Shown: one piece after another, positions 15,963 through 26,391 of the stretch | Layout of the letters: each line of letters begins with the position of its first letter | Position numbering within the stretch: position 1 is the stretch's first letter | Virus record (IMG/VR): IMGVR_UViG_3300045988_098849 | Strand: one strand, 5' to 3' | From: a virus | DNA: 54,525 nt | Translations under genes and position numbers: made by a program | The notes under the pieces: model-generated | What the model saw: only the letters and a program-made list of their open reading frames with translations | Told to the model about the DNA's origin: nothing | The model's database searches: none

Positions 15963-16369
15963 GTGATAATTCATGGGCTTATGACATCGGAACGGTTGTA
16001 TTCTCAATCGTAAAAACGAAAGCTAAGCCAAAATTGGAATCGAAATATCCGACCATATACTTCACAAGCAACGGAAAGAAATTAAGTGATGCTATCTTCC
16101 CTACCGTCTATATTCATCGTATGGCGGCGGCGGAGCGTGGAGCAGACCTTGAGGGACTTTCCATAAACGCAACCTTGGAAACCTTTCAGGTGGATGTATT
16201 CACAAACACAAACCAATCGGATGTAGGCAGAATAATGTCTGTTGTCGCAGATGTATTCAAGGAAATGCGGTTCAAGGTTATTGCCCTTCCAGAATTTAAT
16301 GAGGGGGATACATACAGAAGTACCGCAAGATTCCAAAGAGTAATAGGAGCAAATGACAGTTTAACGTGA
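15959..16369 (+). CDS. Tail terminator/completion protein candidate, 136 aa
   Basis: TTG start overlaps the upstream TGA. Located before the major tail gene. Confidence 0.5.
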   Translation: MSDNSWAYDIGTVVFSIVKTKAKPKLESKYPTIYFTSNGKKLSDAIFPTVYIHRMAAAERGADLEGLSINATLETFQVDVFTNTNQSDVGRIMSVVADVFKEMRFKVIALPEFNEGDTYRSTARFQRVIGANDSLT

Positions 16370-16370
16370 T

Positions 16371-16396
16371 AAAGCCTAAACGGGCTTTATTTTTTT
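16371..16396 (+). terminator. Intrinsic terminator before the major tail gene
   Basis: Stem AAAGCC/GGCTTT (16371-16376 with 16383-16388), followed by ATTTTTTT. Confidence 0.55.
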
Positions 16397-16417
16397 ATGC
16401 AAAAAGGAGGAATGAAT

Positions 16418-16918
16418 ATGGCAACAGGTTTGAAATCCAGAATTATTTATAGAGAAAAAACATCAAGTCCAACAGAAGGTTCTTATTGGGCAGGAACTTA
16501 TAAACTTCTGTTGAGGGCGAAAGCCATTCCAAGCCCATTTGGTTCTCAGAACATGGTGGATACATCCACGCTGGAAGACCTTGTAGAAACACAGGAAATG
16601 GGAAGACGTGCGGCTGGCTCAATGGAGATTTCTGGCGCATTTGAAAAGAAATACAAAGATGACATGGTTTCAAACGAGGGAAAGGAACTGGATTTTTGTA
16701 TCTTATATGGGACAGATGGCAAGGGTTCAGAAGGAATCTGCGCTTTTATCGGTCAGGAATCTTTCGCTCCTGATGAAGCAACAGATGACCATTTGACAGG
16801 AACTGCAACCGTAGCTGTGAAAACAGTTCCTAAGTGGATTGAGAATGATTATGATGTTGCGGTAACGGAAGACGAGAATGGCTATCCGACTACAATCACA
16901 CTGTCAAAAAAAGGTTAA
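16418..16918 (+). CDS. Major tail protein, 166 aa
   Basis: GGAGG lies 7 nt upstream of ATG 16418. It sits immediately upstream of the G/GT chaperone pair. Confidence 0.65.
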   Translation: MATGLKSRIIYREKTSSPTEGSYWAGTYKLLLRAKAIPSPFGSQNMVDTSTLEDLVETQEMGRRAAGSMEISGAFEKKYKDDMVSNEGKELDFCILYGTDGKGSEGICAFIGQESFAPDEATDDHLTGTATVAVKTVPKWIENDYDVAVTEDENGYPTTITLSKKG

Positions 16919-17013
16919 GTCAGCCCTTGAATATAGAATCGGCTAATATGGCTGACTATGATAAATCCATAGCCGAAATACAGTAAATTAAGTAGAAAAA
17001 AGGAGTTATGCAA

Positions 17014-17337
17014 ATGAAAAACTTTACCATTAACAAAAAAGTGTATAAGGCAAAAGAATTTGATTTTAACCTTGTTTGTGACTTGGAGGACGAGGGTGTT
17101 TCTCTTGAGGTCATGCAGGATAAACCCATGTCTATGATGAGAGCGTATTTCGGCATCTGTGCCGGCATTGGAAGAAATGCAGCTGGGGAAGAAATGCAGA
17201 AACACATTGTTTCCGGAGGAAGTTTTGAAGAAATGGCAGAAGCCATGTCTAACGCTATGGAACAGTCTGATTTTTTTCGGGCTGCCAACAAGACAGCGGA
17301 AGCGGAAACTGCGGAAAATCAGAGAGAAGCGGAATAA
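17014..17337 (+). CDS. Tail assembly chaperone G, 107 aa
   Basis: AGGAG lies 8 nt upstream of ATG 17014. Acidic C-terminus. Located upstream of the tape measure gene. Confidence 0.7.
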   Translation: MKNFTINKKVYKAKEFDFNLVCDLEDEGVSLEVMQDKPMSMMRAYFGICAGIGRNAAGEEMQKHIVSGGSFEEMAEAMSNAMEQSDFFRAANKTAEAETAENQREAE

Positions 17338-17717
17338 GAAAAAAATACAAGTCGTTTCGTGAATTTTTGACTGCTGAATGGTTTCCACAGGCATACGCTA
17401 TCGGGGTTTCGTGGGATGAATTTTGGAGAATGAATCCAAGGATATTGTTTGCGATTGCAGAGGGATACAACCAACGTGTCAGAAATGCAGATTACATGAA
17501 TTGGATAAACGGTCAGTATATGCTTTCTGCTGTAATTGTCGGTGTAGAGAAAAATTTGGCAGGAAATAAGGCAAAAAATGAGTATATCAAAGAACCCATC
17601 CTTTCTGTTAGCGAAGAAAAACGGAATACTGAATCAAATGAAGAGATTGCGGTTTTTGAAATGAAAAAAAGGATACTGGCACTTCGTGAATCTGGTTTGC
17701 CAGAAAGTCCGAAATAG
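17014..17717 (+). CDS. Tail assembly chaperone GT fusion made by -1 frameshift at 17271-17277
   Basis: The -1 frame opens at 17271 (right after the stop at 17268) and runs to 17717. The slippery sequence T_TTT_TTT sits exactly at that position in the zero frame (GAT TTT TTT CGG). Confidence 0.65.
17271..17277 (+). promoter_or_regulatory. Slippery heptamer T_TTT_TTT (-1 programmed frameshift site)
   Basis: Seven consecutive T residues, phased as X_XXY_YYZ relative to the G frame. Confidence 0.65.
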
Positions 17718-17786
17718 TATTTAGGTGGTAATGGCTAAGTCTATTACCACCTATTTAACGCTATGGGAAGGTGGTGGAAACGAAGA

Positions 17787-20700
17787 ATGAGTGAAATAGA
17801 TAAACTTGAGATAAAGATTGTTGCAGATGCCGCAGAAGCGGAAAAGTCTGTAAAAAAGTTGAGCAAAACTATTGATGGTATCGGGAAAACAGGAGATTCC
17901 ACAAAACAGATTCGTGAAATTAAATCTGTTTTGGAGAGCATTAAAACACCAGAAATAGAGATTAAAGGCATAAAAGAATTTGCGAAACAAGCAAGAATCA
18001 TAGCACACAACTTTTCAAAAGCCGCAAGAAGTGCAAAGGAAATCGGCGCTTCGTTAAAAGGCGTGAATCTCGGACAACTCACAAAAAAGACGAAAAAAGA
18101 ATCTGCATCTGTTGAAGATTATAGCCATTTGAAGGACATCCCTATTTTTGACATGGGCAAGCAGATTAACGGTGAGCCGATACAGGATGCCGCAAAATCC
18201 ATGTCTGATTTAACGAGCGAAACGAGCAGAGCTGTTTCCGTTGCAGGACAGCTTGCCGCCGCAATGGAACGTGTTTCGGAAAACGCCGCAAAAACAGACA
18301 GATTTTCTGGAATAGAAAAAGAGATCTCAAAAAATCTTGGCATGACAGGCGTTCTGGATATTGATAACGGAAAATTCGCTGAAACCATGGAGGAATCAAA
18401 AAGCCTTATCAATGGATTTAGAGTTGACTTAGAAAAACTCGGACTTAGTGAAATCAAGTTTCCAGAAGTCGAAAAGGCAGAGAAAGAATTAAGAAATATA
18501 GAGAATACGGTTAGAGTTCTGACCGAAACCATAGAAGAATTAAAAGCGTCTGGTGCAAATGCCAAACAGTTAAAGCCGCTTGAAAAGCAGTTGGAGAGAA
18601 TAAGCCAAAAATCAAAAATAGCAAATCTTAATCTGAAAGATACTATTGCACTTGCACGTTCTAAAATACCAAATATTCAAGAGGGGTTGCAGGAAAATCA
18701 GAGCAAAAAAACGCAACAAGTAAGCCAGAGGAAACGCTCAAATAAATCTCGTGGGCGTTCATCCGGTGGGCTTTTTGGTCGCTCTGGCGGTCGCAATAGT
18801 TTTTCTTTGCCTAAAATGGTTGGTATGTCTGTACTGTACTCCACTGTATTTCAGCTGATTGCTACCATACAGTCTGCATTTGCAGAGGGTATGCAAAGTT
18901 TGGCACAGTACAGCCAATCGGTAAACGCCAATATTTCCTCTATGATGTCCGCTTTAATGCAGTTGAGAAACGCATTTGCGGCGGCGTTTGAGCCTATTCT
19001 TTCTGTTGTCGCACCCTACCTTGCTACTTTCATTAGTTGGCTTGCGAAGGCAATCAATATGTTGGGGCAATTCATTGCGGCACTTACAGGCAAAGGCTAT
19101 GCGGTACAGGCTAAAAAAGTGCAGATGGACTACGCGAAAAGTCTGCAAAAAACGGCAGGCGGCGCAGGAAAAGCAGCTAAGGCATTAAAGGAAATGCAGG
19201 ACTATACGCTCGGATTTGATGAATTGCACATCATAGACACTAAGCAGAACGATAGCGGCGGTGCGGATGGCGGTGCAGGCGGCGGTGCAGGAGACCTTCT
19301 CCCTACCGATATGTTTGAAACTGTCGAGATTGATTCCAAGATAAAAGGTCTTGCCGACAGAATAAAAGAAGCATTTAAAACGGGGGACTTTTACAGTCTT
19401 GGTGCTGATTTGGGGAAAAAATTACAAGATGCGCTCGGCAGTATCGACTGGGATGCAATATATGAAAAGGCAGACAAATTCGGCACAGGATTGGCAAGTT
19501 TTTTAAACGGCTTAATATCGCCCGATACATTTTCTGTTTTAGGGGCAACAATAGCAGGCGCATTGAACACCGCATTGCATTTCCTTGATTCGTTTGGCAC
19601 TACATTTGATTGGTCTAATTTCGGGCTATCCATAGCGGCTGGAATTAACACGTTTTTCTCCACTTTCGATTTTGTCCTTGCCGCGGATACGGCTAATAAA
19701 TGGATAAACGGTATTTTAACCACATTGATAAAAGCCGTACAGGGTACAGATTGGGCAATGATAGGAGAAAAAATTGGAACATTCATAAAGGAAATTGATT
19801 TTGTCACCATTCTGTCCAATATCGGAACACTGATATTTGAAGCAATATCGGCGGCTCTTAAAGCGTGGAATGGCTTTGTTGATGTTGCGCCGATAGAATC
19901 AACTATCATAGCCGCTGTTGCATTGTTGAAATTCACTGGTCTTGGTGCTTCAATAGCCAAAGCAATCGCAGCACAGATAGCAGGCTCGGAGATTGTTACT
20001 GGTATAGGAACTGCTATTGCTGGTCTTGGACCGAAGATTGCAGGGTTTATATTAAGTCCTTGGACGCTTGCCATAGGTGCGGCTATATTCGCTGTTTTTA
20101 TGACTATAAAGCATTGGGATGAGATAAAAGAGTTTCTTGCAAAGTTGTGGGATGGTATTAAGAAAACAGTAGTCGAAGTATGGGACTCTATTAAAAATTT
20201 CTTTAAAACAACATGGGATGAAATTGTAAGTTACTATCCAGAGAAATGGGGCGAATTAAAGACCGCAACATCTGAATTGTGGGAATCTGTCAAAACAACT
20301 ATTTCTGAAAAATGGACTGCGATTAAAAATTTCTTCACAGAAACAATACCGCAGATTGTAAGTGATATTGTTGAGTGGTTCTCAGGATTGCCGGGGAAAA
20401 TCGGAGAGAAAATCTCGACTTTAGTATCCTCTATCTTGCCAACGTGGGGAGATAGTATTTCAACTTGGATTTCATCTTCAATACCAGAAAAAATCAAAAT
20501 GATTATCGACCTGTTTAAAGGAATACCGCAGGGCGTATATAACGCCGTAACATCCATGGGACGTACGATTGAGAAAATCGGTAAATGGATGTGGGAGGGC
20601 ATTAAAAAAGGTTTGCTTTCTTTAGTGCCTTCTGGTGTGAAGGAAGTTGTAAGTGGAATACTTAGTGGCACAAAGAGCGCGGCAGAAATCCACTCCCCAT

Positions 20701-21506
20701 CCAAACTGTTTAAACGAGAGGTCGGTGCTTATCTGGGCGCAGGTATCGTTGAAGGTATGGAAGAATCCGTCAAAGGTGCAGGCAGTGTTATTGATGAAAT
20801 CGTAGACAAAGTATCTGGCGGTGGCAGTCTTGCTCCTGTTGTATCGGTCGAAGCACCAGATATTTCACAGTGGGATGCGACATGGGATATATTGAGAGAA
20901 AGATTTGAAATGATAAAGGCAGATATTATTTCAAATATGAATACATTCTATTCAACCATAAGTGCTATGACAACGAATTTCGGTACGGTTTCCAAGGCAC
21001 AGATAACGGCGTATCTGCTGAAAGTTTACGATAACATTTACAACACGTTTGATGCTATCAGACAGACCTTGCAGCAAGTTTCGGATGAAGTTACAAGGAT
21101 GCTGAACCAGATGGTTTCGGACGCAAACTCACTGGCAGGATTGACTGGTAAAAAATACAGTCATGTCGGCGGCTACACCATGCAACAGGCGCAGCGGTTC
21201 AACATAGAAATGTTTGCGAATGGTGGTTTCCCTCGGTCTGGCGAACTGTTTATTGCAAGAGAGGCAGGACCGGAACTGGTCGGAAGTATTGGCGGCAAAA
21301 CAGCCGTTGGCGGCAATGACCAGATAGAACGTGCGATTTTTAATGCCGTTTTAACGGCTATGTCACAGGCAATGGCAAATGGTAGCAGTCAGCCAATCGA
21401 ACTAAACCAGAAGATTGAACTGGATGGAGACGTTATTTATAACAATCAGCAGAGAGTATCCGCAAGACGAGGTATTAACTTTGGTCTTGGTGCATTTCAA
21501 AGGTAG
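17787..21506 (+). CDS. Tape measure protein, 1239 aa
   Basis: Longest ORF in the window. N-terminal coiled coils, a central Gly/Ala-rich hydrophobic region, and position after G/GT. The start is ambiguous (ATG 17763 or 17787). Confidence 0.85.
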   Translation: MSEIDKLEIKIVADAAEAEKSVKKLSKTIDGIGKTGDSTKQIREIKSVLESIKTPEIEIKGIKEFAKQARIIAHNFSKAARSAKEIGASLKGVNLGQLTKKTKKESASVEDYSHLKDIPIFDMGKQINGEPIQDAAKSMSDLTSETSRAVSVAGQLAAAMERVSENAAKTDRFSGIEKEISKNLGMTGVLDIDNGKFAETMEESKSLINGFRVDLEKLGLSEIKFPEVEKAEKELRNIENTVRVLTETIEELKASGANAKQLKPLEKQLERISQKSKIANLNLKDTIALARSKIPNIQEGLQENQSKKTQQVSQRKRSNKSRGRSSGGLFGRSGGRNSFSLPKMVGMSVLYSTVFQLIATIQSAFAEGMQSLAQYSQSVNANISSMMSALMQLRNAFAAAFEPILSVVAPYLATFISWLAKAINMLGQFIAALTGKGYAVQAKKVQMDYAKSLQKTAGGAGKAAKALKEMQDYTLGFDELHIIDTKQNDSGGADGGAGGGAGDLLPTDMFETVEIDSKIKGLADRIKEAFKTGDFYSLGADLGKKLQDALGSIDWDAIYEKADKFGTGLASFLNGLISPDTFSVLGATIAGALNTALHFLDSFGTTFDWSNFGLSIAAGINTFFSTFDFVLAADTANKWINGILTTLIKAVQGTDWAMIGEKIGTFIKEIDFVTILSNIGTLIFEAISAALKAWNGFVDVAPIESTIIAAVALLKFTGLGASIAKAIAAQIAGSEIVTGIGTAIAGLGPKIAGFILSPWTLAIGAAIFAVFMTIKHWDEIKEFLAKLWDGIKKTVVEVWDSIKNFFKTTWDEIVSYYPEKWGELKTATSELWESVKTTISEKWTAIKNFFTETIPQIVSDIVEWFSGLPGKIGEKISTLVSSILPTWGDSISTWISSSIPEKIKMIIDLFKGIPQGVYNAVTSMGRTIEKIGKWMWEGIKKGLLSLVPSGVKEVVSGILSGTKSAAEIHSPSKLFKREVGAYLGAGIVEGMEESVKGAGSVIDEIVDKVSGGGSLAPVVSVEAPDISQWDATWDILRERFEMIKADIISNMNTFYSTISAMTTNFGTVSKAQITAYLLKVYDNIYNTFDAIRQTLQQVSDEVTRMLNQMVSDANSLAGLTGKKYSHVGGYTMQQAQRFNIEMFANGGFPRSGELFIAREAGPELVGSIGGKTAVGGNDQIERAIFNAVLTAMSQAMANGSSQPIELNQKIELDGDVIYNNQQRVSARRGINFGLGAFQR

Positions 21507-21881
21507 GTGGTTTTTGTGGCAGTAATCAAATATAACGGCATAGAAATTACCTGCCCTTCTGTGCAAGACTACGAAGGTCAACAGTTAGTTGACAGCGGCA
21601 GAAATGCAAATGGTGTTGTGGTGGCTCAAAAAATAAACCGCCGCCAAGTGAAACTGAATTTAGAATGGAAGGTTATTTATCCAAAGGATTTGCAGAAGAT
21701 TTTGGAGTTGATTGAAACCTTCATAGGCAAAGTGACCTATTATGACCCCAAGGAAGGTAAATTCATCACAAGGGAAATGTATTGGGGAGATTATTCCGTT
21801 TCTACATACCAAGTGTTAGAAAACGGTACGCCAGTGTTCTTTACAGGCTTTAAGGCTTCTCTTATCGACACAGGGAAATAG
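21507..21881 (+). CDS. Minor tail protein following the tape measure, about 121-124 aa
   Basis: GTG 21507 or GTG 21516 (GGTGG lies 5 nt upstream of the latter). The position is analogous to lambda gpM. Confidence 0.55.
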   Translation: MVFVAVIKYNGIEITCPSVQDYEGQQLVDSGRNANGVVVAQKINRRQVKLNLEWKVIYPKDLQKILELIETFIGKVTYYDPKEGKFITREMYWGDYSVSTYQVLENGTPVFFTGFKASLIDTGK

Positions 21882-21896
21882 TGGGGCGGTGGTTTT

Positions 21897-23675
21897 ATGT
21901 ATCCAGTAACAGCAAAATGGAAAGAAGAAACAGAACAAACGCTCCGCAATCCTTCCTATGTGAGAATTGTATTTGGCGTGACAGACCCAGATGCGCCAAG
22001 GTTAAGCAGACCAACAGATAATGGACATTTGCCTTACAGTGATATTGATAGCGTGGATGTTGGGACAACTGCCCCATCCACATATCAAACCATGGAACGT
22101 AACCGCTTTGTGTTGGATGGCAAGAACCCGTTGCCGAGAGAAGTAAACCCGATTTATCAAGGGTATGTCGGGACAGAAATCAGTGGCGACGCAGGGATAT
22201 ACGCTATACAGCCATGCGTAAAGGTTGCGTTTGATGACTATGTGCAATTCCCGGGGCTAACCTTTCAGTTTGACGAAAGCATGGGAGACTATCCGAGTAG
22301 TTTTCGTATCTTGGCGAAAAAGGATGGCGTTTCTGTTTTTGACAAAACATTTTCGCCAGATACGCCATATTGGGAAATGTCCGAGCATATTCCGATTTGC
22401 AACGAAGTACAGTTCTTTTGGATAAAATCAAGCATACCGCACCGCAGGGCAATGTTGCTTTCTTTGATTTATGGTCTGGTAAGCAGATTGACTACCGATG
22501 ATATTACAAGCTGCTCCTCTACAAAAGAGATTGACCTCTTGACCTCTAAAATTCCAAAGCAGGAATTTGAATTTACGTTGATTGATACGCAAAGAAGATA
22601 TGACCCCGAGAATCCGCAGGGCGTATGGGAGTATTTGGAAAGCAGGCAACCTGTCAATTACCAGTACGGCTATGAATTGTCGGACGGCTCTGTTGAGTGG
22701 ATACCTTGGGGGTTGTCCTATTCCTCTGGGGACTTTGAAGTATCCAAGCAAGGTATTGTGGCAGAGGTCAGCATAAAGTGTGTAGGGTTGGCAGACCATT
22801 TGACAATGACCTATGATGAGGGCGTTTATTCCCCTTCTGGTCGCAGTTTGTTTGACCTTGCAACCGATGTTATGAGATTTGCTGGATTTGAAAATACAAT
22901 TCAGCTTGATAACGCATTGAAGGATATTTATACGCATAATCCCCTGCCCTCCTCCAAAGTGAATGAGTGCTTGCAGCTGATAGCAAATGCAGGGCGTTGC
23001 GTTATGAGCCACAGTAGAGGTGGCTATATTCAAATCCTTAGAGAAAACGCAGAAACAACTGGGTTTGACATGAATTTTGAAAAAATGACGGATACGCCAA
23101 CAACAACAAAGATACCGCCCCTTCGCAACCTATCAGTCGAGTATAACTCCATCAAGGTAAATCCCGAATTGACGGCGGCGGTCAATGCTGTTGAAATATC
23201 AGCTCCTACCGCACATGAGTACACCTTTACGCACCAAGCGTTTACAAATCAGAAGGTAGAAGTCAGCGGCGGCTTGTCTATTGTCGGCACGCCGAAATAC
23301 TATGCCTACAAAACTGTAGTAACGCTTAAGGGGAACGGTACGGTAACGGTCAATGGAAATAGCCTAACCGAAAACAAAATCGAATACAAGGCAAAATACA
23401 GTGATGTGGGCGAGGATTTGAGCGGAGTGAGCAACTCTCTGATTGACAATAGAGAGGATGCTGTTGCATACGCAAACTGGGTGGCGGCGGTAACGCTACG
23501 CAGGAACACTTACACCGCACAGGACAGGGGTTATCCAGAGTTGGACGTTGGGGACACAGTAAGCCTTACAAGTAACTTTGCGAACCAAACGCCTGTTACT
23601 ATGGTTCAGCAGAAATTGTCCTATAATGGCTCAATTAAGGGCGAGTGCCAATATATTATTGGGGGTGGTGGATGA
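21897..23675 (+). CDS. Tail tip/baseplate protein, 592 aa
   Basis: GGTGG SD. Large ORF in the position expected for a tail-tip protein. Confidence 0.6.
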   Translation: MYPVTAKWKEETEQTLRNPSYVRIVFGVTDPDAPRLSRPTDNGHLPYSDIDSVDVGTTAPSTYQTMERNRFVLDGKNPLPREVNPIYQGYVGTEISGDAGIYAIQPCVKVAFDDYVQFPGLTFQFDESMGDYPSSFRILAKKDGVSVFDKTFSPDTPYWEMSEHIPICNEVQFFWIKSSIPHRRAMLLSLIYGLVSRLTTDDITSCSSTKEIDLLTSKIPKQEFEFTLIDTQRRYDPENPQGVWEYLESRQPVNYQYGYELSDGSVEWIPWGLSYSSGDFEVSKQGIVAEVSIKCVGLADHLTMTYDEGVYSPSGRSLFDLATDVMRFAGFENTIQLDNALKDIYTHNPLPSSKVNECLQLIANAGRCVMSHSRGGYIQILRENAETTGFDMNFEKMTDTPTTTKIPPLRNLSVEYNSIKVNPELTAAVNAVEISAPTAHEYTFTHQAFTNQKVEVSGGLSIVGTPKYYAYKTVVTLKGNGTVTVNGNSLTENKIEYKAKYSDVGEDLSGVSNSLIDNREDAVAYANWVAAVTLRRNTYTAQDRGYPELDVGDTVSLTSNFANQTPVTMVQQKLSYNGSIKGECQYIIGGGG

Positions 23676-24145
23676 TGGCTTGGATAACACCTGTCTTCGA
23701 CAGAATCGTTGAGGATACCGAGAGTGCAAGAATAAATCAAGGAAATGCCGAAAACAACAAAGGCGCGTTAAACTACCAAGACTTGAACCGCATTGAAGGA
23801 AACCATAAGGAATTGATGAAATGGCTTGCAAGTAGCGGCTATTATCTTCCTCGTTCATACAGGGACTACAAAGAATTTAACGGTAAAACGTACACAGATT
23901 GGCAGGAAGAAAATATACCTTGGCTATCTGAAATCAACCGTATCCGAGCGAATTATACCGCATTGGTGCGGTTGTTTTTGGTTGGTTTGGGTTTGCCTGT
24001 ATTTGCGGAAAGTGATTACGTTGACTGGCAGGAAGTAAATGATTGGGAACGTGTTGCCGCGGTCGGCAAGGAAATGACAGAAAATATGAAGCAGGAATAT
24101 ATCTACTGCGGAACGATGAATAGCGGAGGTGAACGGTTACTATGA
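23672..24145 (+). CDS. Tail-fibre module protein, 157 aa
   Basis: ATG 23672 overlaps the upstream TGA (ATGA). Confidence 0.5.
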   Translation: MMAWITPVFDRIVEDTESARINQGNAENNKGALNYQDLNRIEGNHKELMKWLASSGYYLPRSYRDYKEFNGKTYTDWQEENIPWLSEINRIRANYTALVRLFLVGLGLPVFAESDYVDWQEVNDWERVAAVGKEMTENMKQEYIYCGTMNSGGERLL

Positions 24146-24501
24146 AGGATTTTTTAGATAGAATCCCAACACAGGTAGGGCGGAGAAAAATCACCCATGC
24201 GGACGGGACAAGCGAATATGTGACAGTCGAAATGGCTGATAACCCGACTGTTATCGGCACACCGCTGAATCGTGAGGCGTTTATGGCGTTGCAGGGGTTT
24301 GAGGCGTTTCATGTTGCTTTTAACGATGACGGCTCTATTACCGAAACAAATGCACTGAATGAACCGCTGGACACCGTTTTCAATTCAGACGGAACGATTG
24401 ACGAAACTTTTACAAATAAGGACGGACTGAAAATCGGAATAAAAACAAAATTCAATCCAGATGGTTCGATTTCGGGAAACCTTATCAATTTCACAGCGTA
24501 A
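24142..24501 (+). CDS. Tail-fibre module protein, 119 aa
   Basis: ATGA overlap with the upstream gene. Internal repeats FN(D/S)DG(S/T)I.ET. Confidence 0.5.
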   Translation: MKDFLDRIPTQVGRRKITHADGTSEYVTVEMADNPTVIGTPLNREAFMALQGFEAFHVAFNDDGSITETNALNEPLDTVFNSDGTIDETFTNKDGLKIGIKTKFNPDGSISGNLINFTA

Positions 24502-24513
24502 GGAGGGAAAATT

Positions 24514-25257
24514 ATGGGAATTTGGGCGGCGGTAAAGTACGCATTAAATAGCACGTTGGGAACAAGCAGTTTTTTGTCATTAGACAAAATGATTCAAGCA
24601 CATGGTACGCAGACCTTTACCGAAAATGGCACGTTTACCGTTCCGGCTGGCGTGACGAAGATTTGGGTTACTGCTTGTGGTGGCGGTGGAGGTGGCGGCG
24701 GTGCTAGAATGGACGATGAGGCTGGTGCAGGCGGTAATGGAGGTTCGTGTATCATAAGAGAACCGTATACAGTTACGCCGAATAGCAAAATAAATATTGT
24801 TATAGGATTAGGCGGGGCAGCAGGAGAATCAAGCAGGAGTAGTTCCAGTCCAAAAAGCGGTCAATCAGGTGGAACTACGGTTATTGGTTCGCTTGTTTCT
24901 TTGCCCGGAGGTGTAGCACAGGCACATGCAACTACCCCCAACACAGAGGATAGAAATATTGGTGCTGGCATTGGAGGAGAAGGTGCTAGAGGCTCCTCTA
25001 ATAGATATTCAAAAGACGGAGAAAATGGAGTTAGAGGCTGCGGAGGTACTGGGAATGGATATGGTGCCGGCTACACTAGTGGTGGAGGTGGCGGCGGTTC
25101 TTTCGGCAACGGAGGAAATGGTGCTTATTATTTTAACAAAACTTTGCATACTGCAACCCCTCCTGGATATGGTGGCGGTGGTGGCGGTGCAACCAACTAC
25201 ACGTCATCAAATACTGCGTCCGCAGGCGGAAACGGTATTGTTATTATCGAATGGTGA
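24514..25257 (+). CDS. Glycine-rich tail-fibre/receptor-binding protein, 247 aa
   Basis: AGGAGGG SD. Contains TKIWVTACGGGGGGGGA and several G-runs, and ends GGNGIVIIEW, as in the phage glycine-rich domain family. Confidence 0.6.
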   Translation: MGIWAAVKYALNSTLGTSSFLSLDKMIQAHGTQTFTENGTFTVPAGVTKIWVTACGGGGGGGGARMDDEAGAGGNGGSCIIREPYTVTPNSKINIVIGLGGAAGESSRSSSSPKSGQSGGTTVIGSLVSLPGGVAQAHATTPNTEDRNIGAGIGGEGARGSSNRYSKDGENGVRGCGGTGNGYGAGYTSGGGGGGSFGNGGNGAYYFNKTLHTATPPGYGGGGGGATNYTSSNTASAGGNGIVIIEW

Positions 25258-25266
25258 GGTGAGAAT

Positions 25267-25587
25267 ATGAAAACTTATGCAATGATTTTACAAAACAGAG
25301 TGATTGACGTTCTGAAAGACCAAGAAACAGAACCCTACTATCCACCTGACCCTTCCGGCAACCCTGTGACTGCCATTCCTTGTGACGATACGGTTACGCT
25401 TGGCATGCTTTATGATTCTGAAACAGGTACGTTTTCGGAATACACACCGCCCGAACCAGAACCCATGCCAGAACCAAAACCCTCCCAGCTTGACCGTATT
25501 GAGGAGCAGTTAAACGCCCTTACTGCTGACAGCGTGACAATAGAGAAATTAAATGCGGCAATCAGTGAAGGGGTGAATGAGGTATGA
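25267..25587 (+). CDS. Hypothetical tail-associated protein, 106 aa
   Basis: GAGGTG SD. Has a proline-rich linker PPEPEPMPEPKP. Confidence 0.5.
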   Translation: MKTYAMILQNRVIDVLKDQETEPYYPPDPSGNPVTAIPCDDTVTLGMLYDSETGTFSEYTPPEPEPMPEPKPSQLDRIEEQLNALTADSVTIEKLNAAISEGVNEV

Positions 25588-26018
25588 TGGAAACGATTAA
25601 GCACATGGCGAAGCTAGCGGCGCAGGCGGTGCAGGAGAAAGCGGACACTATGACAGGAACGGAATTAAACGCTGAGGACAGGTTTATTCCTGATTTTCAG
25701 ACAGCGAAAGAAAAAGAAAATATGCTCAATCGCCCTGTCGGGTTTATCTGTAAGAGTACCGCAGAGCGCGTGGTAAAGCTGTTACAGGTCTATGACAGCA
25801 GTATTTATACCGCTGAGCCAGAGGAACTGCCTGCACAGTGGGGGTTCGTATGGAGTGACAACCCCGAAAAGGCGAAGCCGTTTATCGCGCTCGCAACGTC
25901 CCCTTACATGAAGGGAAATTGCTGCACGGAGGATGGCGCGGTGTATCGTTCTCTTATCGATAATAATACATGGAGCCCGACAGAATACCCTAGCGGATGG
26001 GAAAAGGTAGAAGCATAA
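25584..26018 (+). CDS. Hypothetical protein with a CBM5/12-like C-terminal motif, 144 aa
   Basis: The C-terminal YMKGNCCTEDGAVYRSLIDNNTWSPTEYPSGWEKV resembles carbohydrate-binding module 5/12 motifs. Confidence 0.4.
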   Translation: MMETIKHMAKLAAQAVQEKADTMTGTELNAEDRFIPDFQTAKEKENMLNRPVGFICKSTAERVVKLLQVYDSSIYTAEPEELPAQWGFVWSDNPEKAKPFIALATSPYMKGNCCTEDGAVYRSLIDNNTWSPTEYPSGWEKVEA

Positions 26019-26033
26019 AGGAGGCTTGATGAA

Positions 26034-26387
26034 ATGAGACAGATTACATTCTTAATGGAAAACTGGTACTTAGTGGTGGCACTTCTGGCGGTTGCCTGCG
26101 TGATTGGTATGTGTATCGGCAGATTTCTGAATATGCCCACCGAAACACAGCGCGTCAAAGTGAAACAATGGCTGTTATGGGCGGTTATGCAGGCGGAAAA
26201 GGAATTGGGCGGCGGCACTGGAAAATTGAAACTGCGCCGCGCCTATGATTTATTCGTGCAGAGATTCCCTGCTATTGCTATAGCGGTATCATTCGATACC
26301 TTCTCTGCGTGGGTGGATGAAGCACTGGAAGAAATGCGAAAAATGCTGAAAGAAAACAAGGCGGTCAAGGAAATTGTAAAGGGATGA
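26034..26387 (+). CDS. Holin (LL-H family-like), 117 aa, possible dual start M1/M8
   Basis: AGGAGG SD. Single N-terminal transmembrane helix WYLVVALLAVACVIGMCIG followed by a charged helical tail. Lies immediately upstream of the lysin region. Confidence 0.65.
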   Translation: MRQITFLMENWYLVVALLAVACVIGMCIGRFLNMPTETQRVKVKQWLLWAVMQAEKELGGGTGKLKLRRAYDLFVQRFPAIAIAVSFDTFSAWVDEALEEMRKMLKENKAVKEIVKG

Positions 26388-26391
26388 TTAC

